The position numbers were made by a program, and so were the translations under genes. Positions 34,772 through 39,554 of a stretch of 39,554 nt of DNA are shown here, piece after piece. This DNA is from Nanobdellota archaeon (GTDB lineage Archaea; Nanobdellota; Nanobdellia; Pacearchaeales; GW2011-AR1), in NCBI GenBank assembly GCA_018817905.1, contig JAHISS010000107.1, positions 1 to 39,554 of the forward strand, in the 5' to 3' direction. Below the pieces are notes generated by a model that saw nothing but the letters and a program-made list of their open reading frames with translations, was not told the DNA's origin and did no database searches. Within the stretch, counting starts at the first letter, position 1. Each line of letters starts with the position of its first letter.

Positions 34772-36070
34772 ATGAAGTGGAAAGGATTTAAAGACATACA
34801 AGCCACAATTATTATAGATCTTAGTTTGTCTGAAGCGGAGCTTTTAAAAAACGCAGATAGAAGCAGGAGAAAGAATGTAAAAAAGGCTGAAAATGTGGGG
34901 CTTTTATTTCAAGAGGTAAAAACAAAAGAAGAGTTAGACAAATGGTATCTAATCTATCAAAAAGTGTGGAAAGCGGGGGGAATAGAATCGCAAGATATCA
35001 GTGAATTTAAAAAAGAGAATTATAAATTAGTTGTAGTAAAAAAAAGGGGCAAAATCCTGGGCGGTGGGATTATTGAAGAATTAAAAGATAAAATTGTCTT
35101 TAAGGCGTTTGCTTCTCTAATTGAGTTCCAAGACTTGAGGGTGAATGACTTTTTATATTGGAATGCTATTTTATACGGAAAAAAACTTGGGAAAAAATAT
35201 GTGGATCTTGGGGGCTGGCAGATTAAATCTCGAGGGCATCTTGCTGGAATCAATGAATTTAAAGAAAAATGGGGTGGAAAGGTTGTATATTACTATATTT
35301 ACAGCAAAAACCCAGCATACATTCTTGGAAGAAAAGCGATTAGGAACTTCGCATTTGGAAGATGGTTCTGGGATAGAATCAAAGGAAGACCTATTCAAAG
35401 AAGAAGTAAACATAAAAAAAACAAAAACGAATATGAGAATAAAGAATCAATTCAGCATTTCTCTACAATTAATAAAATTTTTGAAAAAGAAAAATATCTA
35501 ATTGAAAAGTATTTCAAAGGGAAAATTTTAGATTTGGGTTGTGGATGTGGAAGAACAACTAAAGAATTGTTCGATAGGGGTTATGATGTCGTGGGGGTAG
35601 AAATAGTTGAAGATATGGTTAAAGCGGCTAAAGACAATTTTCCTCAAATAAATTTTGAAATAGGCGATGCCTGCGATTTAAAATTCTCCAATGAGAGTTT
35701 TGATATTGTCTTTTTTTCTTACAATGGATTAGATTACATCTATCCCGAAAAAGAGAGAATTCGAGCATTGGAAGAAATTGAAAGAGCTTTAAAAAAGGGG
35801 GGATATTTTATTTATAGCTCCCATGACCCTTCTGTTTTAGTAAAAAAATTTAGACCTAAGTTTATTTTTAGAAATCTCATGAAGGGATCCATTTTTTCAA
35901 GATACAAATATGAACAGCAACCTTTCGGTGGATTCTATACATACTATGGTAATTTGAAGAAACAGAGGGATCTGATTGAAAAAAATACCTCCTTGAAGTA
36001 TGTTGAAACTAAGAGAGATAACCCAAAAGATTTACATCCTTATTATGTTTTTAAGAAAAATGGAAAATAA
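34772..36070 (+). CDS. Fusion protein: N-terminal FemAB/GNAT-like acyl- or aminoacyl-transferase domain plus C-terminal class I SAM methyltransferase
   Basis: Residues about 1-200 resemble the FemAB/BioF2-like GNAT fold (LSEAELLKNADRSRRKNVKKA, YWNAILYGKKLGKKYVDLGG, NEFKEKWGG). A K-rich linker follows. Residues about 250-432 show ILDLGCGCGRTT, VVGVEIVEDMV and FDIVFFSYNGLDY. Confidence 0.6.
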   Translation: MKWKGFKDIQATIIIDLSLSEAELLKNADRSRRKNVKKAENVGLLFQEVKTKEELDKWYLIYQKVWKAGGIESQDISEFKKENYKLVVVKKRGKILGGGIIEELKDKIVFKAFASLIEFQDLRVNDFLYWNAILYGKKLGKKYVDLGGWQIKSRGHLAGINEFKEKWGGKVVYYYIYSKNPAYILGRKAIRNFAFGRWFWDRIKGRPIQRRSKHKKNKNEYENKESIQHFSTINKIFEKEKYLIEKYFKGKILDLGCGCGRTTKELFDRGYDVVGVEIVEDMVKAAKDNFPQINFEIGDACDLKFSNESFDIVFFSYNGLDYIYPEKERIRALEEIERALKKGGYFIYSSHDPSVLVKKFRPKFIFRNLMKGSIFSRYKYEQQPFGGFYTYYGNLKKQRDLIEKNTSLKYVETKRDNPKDLHPYYVFKKNGK

Positions 36071-36638
36071 AGTGCCTCTTGGGATGAAGGATAGACCTAA
36101 GCAGATTCTTAACTTGGTTCCGAAAGATGTTAAAACTGTCTTAGACATTGGATCAGTTAAACCAAGTCTGTTCTCAGAGAGATATAAAACGTTAACGATG
36201 GATTATTCAAACGCCGATATAATGATGGATTTAAACGGGCTGCAAAAAATTCCCCTTCGAAGTAAGTCTATAAATTTAGTTGTCTTGTCTCAAATATTAG
36301 AGCATCTTTTTGAATTTGAAAACCTTATAGCTGAAGCAAAAAGAATTTCTAATAAATATATTTTGGTAGGACTACCCAACGAGTTTACAATAGATAATAG
36401 AATAAAATTTTTGTTTGGTGTACCCCCCAGTCTGAAAGGATACGACAAAAATGGACATAAATATTTGTTTGATATCCAAAGTGCGGAAGAATTGATTCAG
36501 CTTTTTTTTAAAGGTTATTTAAAGAAATACTTCCTTTTTGGGGTAACTGGGGGGAGATATCTACCCCTCGCGACGAGAAGGATTTTAGCAAGATTTATTC
36601 CTGGACTTTTTGCTGCACAGATATATTATTTAATATAA
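36060..36638 (+). CDS. Probable class I SAM-dependent methyltransferase
   Basis: Starts at MENKVPLG (ATG 36060), overlapping the upstream gene by 11 nt. Motifs: TVLDIGS, INLVVLSQILEHL and KYILVGLPNE. Confidence 0.5.
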   Translation: MENKVPLGMKDRPKQILNLVPKDVKTVLDIGSVKPSLFSERYKTLTMDYSNADIMMDLNGLQKIPLRSKSINLVVLSQILEHLFEFENLIAEAKRISNKYILVGLPNEFTIDNRIKFLFGVPPSLKGYDKNGHKYLFDIQSAEELIQLFFKGYLKKYFLFGVTGGRYLPLATRRILARFIPGLFAAQIYYLI

Positions 36639-36734
36639 AATTGAAAGTACGTGCTAAACTTTATAAGCTTCTTTTTTATTAGCTTACAAAGAATAAAAAC
36701 AGTAACTCAAATGGAATCCTTTAAAATGCCGTTA

Positions 36735-36869
36735 ATAAAGAACGATTGTCTTAAAGATAAGGCTATCTCTTCGGGAGTATCCAGGGAAATTAAGAAAAAA
36801 CATCCTGATTCAAAAATAACTGTGCTTTGTTCATTAATTAATAAGGAACTGATTGAAAAGAATAAAAAT
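36735..36869 (+). pseudogene. Stub of a GT9 gene 5' end; direct repeat of 38446..38580
   Basis: Encodes IKNDCLKDKAISSGVSREIKKKHPDSKITVLCSLINKELIEKNKN, against IRNDCIGDMVISSGVFREIKKKHPDSKITVLCSSINKELIEKNKN in the intact GT9. The run 36792..36834 matches 38503..38545 perfectly over 43 nt. The stub is in frame with the downstream radical SAM ORF. Confidence 0.7.
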
Positions 36870-36875
36870 AAAAAG

Positions 36876-38390
36876 ATGACCAAAATCGTACTAATTTCAC
36901 TTTATGATACCGCTTCTATTGGGCCTAGAATTCTGCATAAAGTTCTTGATGAAAAAGGGTATGAAGTGCATAGTATCTTCTTTAAATCTGGAAACTTGAC
37001 AAATGTGACAAAAAAGGAAGTTAAACTTTTGCTGGATAAAATTAACGAGATTAAACCTCAATTGATTGGCATTAGTTTAAGATCGAGATGTTTTAAAATT
37101 GCAACCAGATTAACAAAAGATATCAGAAAAGAAATAGATACCAAGATAATTTGGGGAGGGGTGCATCCCACCATAAAGCCAATGGACTGCTTAAAGTTTG
37201 CAGATATGATCTGTATAGGTGAGGGAGAAGAAGCATTGGTGAATCTTGCTGATTTAATAGATAAAAAGAAGAGTATTGAGAACGTTAAGAATATTTGGAT
37301 AAAATTTGGCAAAAAGATAATTAAAAATGATTTAGCACATTTAGAAGAGGACTTAGATAAAATTCCCTTTCCTGATTTTTCTGATTCAAACAAGTACTAT
37401 GTAGAAGATAATAAATGTTCTTGTGAGAATATATTCCCAGATCATCAAATAGTTTATACAATTATGACCACAAGAGGTTGTCCTTTTTCCTGTTCTTTTT
37501 GTAATGGGGGATCTTTGAGGGAGATTTATCACGGCAAAGGTAGGTATCTCAGAAGGAGGAGTGTGGAAAATGTGATAGAAGAATTAGTACTAGCAAAGAA
37601 AAGTTGGCCCTCAATCAAAAAAGTATATTTCATTGATGATGTTTTTTCTTATGATCTTGAATGGATTAAAAAGTTTAATCCATTATATAAGAGACATATT
37701 GGTCTTCCTTTTTATTGCTATGTTCACCCCGTTTATGTTAAGGATGAAACTATAAAAGTTCTGAAAGATATGGCATTATACGAAGTTAATATTGGAATAC
37801 AAAGTGGTTCTGAAAAGCTTCGAAAGGAAATTTATCATCGACCAGAATCTAATGAACAAATCGTCAATTCCATTAAAATCCTGAATAAATATAAGATTAG
37901 GGCTGTTTGCGATTTAATACTGGGAAATCCTTATGAAACTGAATCTGACAAGAAAGAAAACCTTAATTTACTGGTGAAATTGCCTAAGCCAATAATTTTG
38001 CTTACGTATAACCTCCTATTCTTCCCTAACAAGCTTACTGAAATGGCATTAGAAGACGGACTTATCAGTGAAAAAGACCTTGAAGAAAATAAAGAAAGAG
38101 TATACCACAGATGGGATGATAAATTTTTACAGAATTTTTCAAATACAGACTTGCTTTGGAATGGCCTTTACTATCTTGCATCAAAAGGATATCCTGATTG
38201 GTTAATTAAATGGTGTTATAAATCAATGAAAAAAAATCCTGCTATTTTAGTCTCATTAGTAAAGGGGATTGAAAGAAAGAACTTGCTTATATCCTCAGTT
38301 CCAAAGATAATGGGATATGTTAAAAGGAAGCAGTTTAAATTATTATTTGCTAAACTAAAGAGAAATTTAAGACTAACATCTCTTCGTTAA
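36876..38390 (+). CDS. B12-binding-domain radical SAM enzyme, paralogue 5
   Basis: MTKIVLISLYD..., IIWGGVHPTIKPMDC, ICIGEGEEA, TTRGCPFSCSFC and NIGIQSGSEKL motifs. The ORF track extends upstream to 36651 through the GT9 stub. The start at 36876 gives 504 aa, in line with the other paralogues. Confidence 0.85.
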   Translation: MTKIVLISLYDTASIGPRILHKVLDEKGYEVHSIFFKSGNLTNVTKKEVKLLLDKINEIKPQLIGISLRSRCFKIATRLTKDIRKEIDTKIIWGGVHPTIKPMDCLKFADMICIGEGEEALVNLADLIDKKKSIENVKNIWIKFGKKIIKNDLAHLEEDLDKIPFPDFSDSNKYYVEDNKCSCENIFPDHQIVYTIMTTRGCPFSCSFCNGGSLREIYHGKGRYLRRRSVENVIEELVLAKKSWPSIKKVYFIDDVFSYDLEWIKKFNPLYKRHIGLPFYCYVHPVYVKDETIKVLKDMALYEVNIGIQSGSEKLRKEIYHRPESNEQIVNSIKILNKYKIRAVCDLILGNPYETESDKKENLNLLVKLPKPIILLTYNLLFFPNKLTEMALEDGLISEKDLEENKERVYHRWDDKFLQNFSNTDLLWNGLYYLASKGYPDWLIKWCYKSMKKNPAILVSLVKGIERKNLLISSVPKIMGYVKRKQFKLLFAKLKRNLRLTSLR

Positions 38391-38391
38391 A

Positions 38392-39429
38392 ATGAAAATG
38401 ATTAAAACAAGTGAAAAAGTAAGAAGACCGATTAAAATAATTCTTATAAGGAATGATTGCATCGGGGATATGGTTATTTCTTCAGGAGTATTCAGAGAAA
38501 TCAAGAAAAAACATCCTGATTCAAAAATAACTGTGCTTTGTTCATCAATTAATAAGGAATTGATTGAAAAGAATAAGAATGTTGATGGCATAATTGTGTG
38601 CAATCCATTCTGGAGGGAGAAAACAATAGCATCATTTAATAACTACTTTAAGATAATCAAGAGAATAAAAAAAGAGAAGTTTGACATAGGTATTGATTTA
38701 AGATCAAGCTATATGACTCTTTTTTTCTTCTTGTATCTTGGGAGAATAAAGAAAAGAGTAGCATACTATGACCATCCTTTTAATAAGTCCAAAAGATTCC
38801 TGACTGATGCTCTTCCTTATAAAAATAACATAACCATTCATGCGAGCATTAATGATTTGAATTTGGTTAACTTTGCATTGAATATGGACAACAAGGACAA
38901 TTGGCCGGATATCGTGACTGACAAAGAGGATGTAAACAATCTAAAAGCTTTTGTAAATCAAGATTCCAACATGCTAAAGCCGTTTATATGCATTGTCCCT
39001 GACGCTAGTTCTGAAAGAAAACAATGGTCCTTAAACAAATTTAATAACATTATTAAGTATATTAGAGGTGGTTATCCTGAATATGACATTTTTTTGGTTG
39101 GAAGTAATGCAAAAAAGATAAATTATCTTTGGAAGAGGAATAGAGGAGCTATAAGATGTATAAATCAAAGTCTTAGAATGGTTTATCTTCTTTTCAAGCG
39201 TAGTAATTTAATAATTGCTCCGGATGGTGGTCCCATGCATTTAGCATGGGCTGCTAAAACAAAGTTAATTGCATTAATTCCCAAATATCTAAGTTTGGAG
39301 CATATGGGGCCTTTAAACAAAAATTCTCACGTCATATACAGTGAGATAAGTGAAATAAAAACTGATGAAATAAAGAAATTGATTGATAACATACTTATAA
39401 GAGACAGGCAAGAGATACTGTCCAATTAA
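38392..39429 (+). CDS. GT9-family glycosyltransferase (heptosyltransferase-like), copy 2
   Basis: ILIRNDCIGDMVISSGVFREIKKKHP is a GT9-type N-terminus. IIAPDGGPMHLAWAAKTKLIALI is a GT9 donor-site-like segment. The last four codons plus the stop (ILSN*) lie in the terminal inverted repeat. Confidence 0.7.
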   Translation: MKMIKTSEKVRRPIKIILIRNDCIGDMVISSGVFREIKKKHPDSKITVLCSSINKELIEKNKNVDGIIVCNPFWREKTIASFNNYFKIIKRIKKEKFDIGIDLRSSYMTLFFFLYLGRIKKRVAYYDHPFNKSKRFLTDALPYKNNITIHASINDLNLVNFALNMDNKDNWPDIVTDKEDVNNLKAFVNQDSNMLKPFICIVPDASSERKQWSLNKFNNIIKYIRGGYPEYDIFLVGSNAKKINYLWKRNRGAIRCINQSLRMVYLLFKRSNLIIAPDGGPMHLAWAAKTKLIALIPKYLSLEHMGPLNKNSHVIYSEISEIKTDEIKKLIDNILIRDRQEILSN

Positions 39430-39552
39430 CGTCAGATTTATATAGTTTGATAGTTTAACCTCTCTGAAAGGAGGTTAATGCTATGAAAACAAAATGCCAA
39501 TTTTGTAAGAAATTGTCTGCAGTAAAACAAGGTTATAGAAAAAACAAAGTTG
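39414..39552. repeat. Right copy of the inverted repeat (partner 1..139); runs off the window edge
   Basis: Same alignment as the left copy. The perfect 31-mer GATACTGTCCAATTAACGTCAGATTTATATA lies at 39414..39444. Confidence 0.9.
39437..39444 (+). promoter_or_regulatory. TATA-like box of the outward-facing zinc-ribbon gene (mirror copy at 109..116)
   Basis: TTTATATA forms the last 8 nt of the perfectly conserved 31-mer. GGAGGT lies at 39470..39475 and the ATG at 39483. Confidence 0.4.
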
Positions 39553-39554
39553 GA
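39483..39554 (+). CDS. First 24 codons of the second copy of the CxxC zinc-ribbon protein gene, leaving the window rightward
   Basis: MKTKCQFCKKLSAVKQGYRKNKVG, with GGAGGT 7 nt upstream of the ATG. It differs from the left copy by one synonymous change (GCA vs GCG). Confidence 0.5.
   Translation, partial: MKTKCQFCKKLSAVKQGYRKNKVG

Noticed and set aside
9999-38390. Reading the radical SAM set as a RiPP (modified peptide) cluster
   Set aside because: No protease, transporter, RRE-like domain or Cys-rich precursor genes are present. Four of the five B12-type genes have no candidate small ORF nearby. The neighbours are overwhelmingly glycosyltransferases and sugar-modifying enzymes. The idea is kept only as a minor alternative for 33567..33686.
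3336-38603. Other short overlapping ORFs in the track. Examples: 3336..3614, 3978..4208, 5512..5767, 9099..9341, 10104..10624, 10904..11272, 11958..12632, 12803..13066, 13646..14062, 15151..15411, 15735..15971, 16247..16471, 18168..18380, 18974..19210, 19492..20016, 21781..22014, 22292..22897, 23336..23521, 26496..26815, 27790..27975, 28412..28657, 29618..29833, 30855..31382, 32673..32858, 33474..33815, 34183..34383, 35020..35501, 37058..37393, 38373..38603
   Set aside because: Each is nested in, or antisense to, a longer ORF that carries clear family motifs. They are low-complexity and have no start-site context of their own.
1-39554. The terminal inverted repeat as a fold-back or chimeric assembly artefact, or as the termini of a linear plasmid or virus
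   Set aside because: The two copies differ at about 14 positions concentrated in the untranslated leader, whereas a fold-back artefact would be identical. The gene content is chromosomal (prs, rpe, rpiB, queC, aglB), with no capsid, terminase or replication genes. The repeat is also cut by the window edges rather than ending there.
1-39554. CRISPR arrays, tRNA, rRNA or other structured RNA genes
   Set aside because: No regularly spaced short direct repeats, no cloverleaf-like GC-rich segments and no rRNA-like conserved stretches were seen. The few non-coding gaps are A/T-rich promoter spacers or gene stubs.

Overview
Low-GC, very gene-dense window that reads as archaeal, probably from a small-genome (DPANN-like) lineage. 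The evidence for this is an STT3/AglB oligosaccharyltransferase with an intact WWDYG motif, a dolichol-type GlcNAc-1-P transferase, Pyrococcus-type mini-ferredoxins, queC, and A/T-rich TATA-like octamers centred about 25-26 nt upstream of most start codons (leaderless architecture). Layout: (i) 124..2237 holds the pentose-phosphate/PRPP genes prs-rpe-rpiB. (ii) 2276..2790 holds a PemK/MazF-type toxin-antitoxin pair. (iii) 2880..9598 holds a core N-glycosylation operon: SpoIIM-like membrane protein, aglB, GlcNAc-1-P transferase, flippase and a Dol-P-hexose-synthase-like GT2. (iv) About 9.6-39.4 kb is a mosaic glycan-tailoring island. It holds five paralogous B12-binding radical SAM enzymes, one SPASM-type radical SAM enzyme and five SAM methyltransferases. 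Its glycosyltransferases are three GT4, two further GT2, two GT9 (heptosyltransferase-like) and a PMT/ArnT-like GT-C. It also has hldE, a UDP-GlcA-epimerase-like SDR, a CE4 deacetylase, a FemAB/GNAT-like::methyltransferase fusion, two duplicated ferredoxins, an IS5-family element and several gene stubs. The whole window is bracketed by an inverted repeat of at least 139 nt that carries outward-facing copies of a zinc-ribbon gene. No rRNA, tRNA or CRISPR array was recognised. All functional calls come from motif recognition by eye; no database search or computation was possible.
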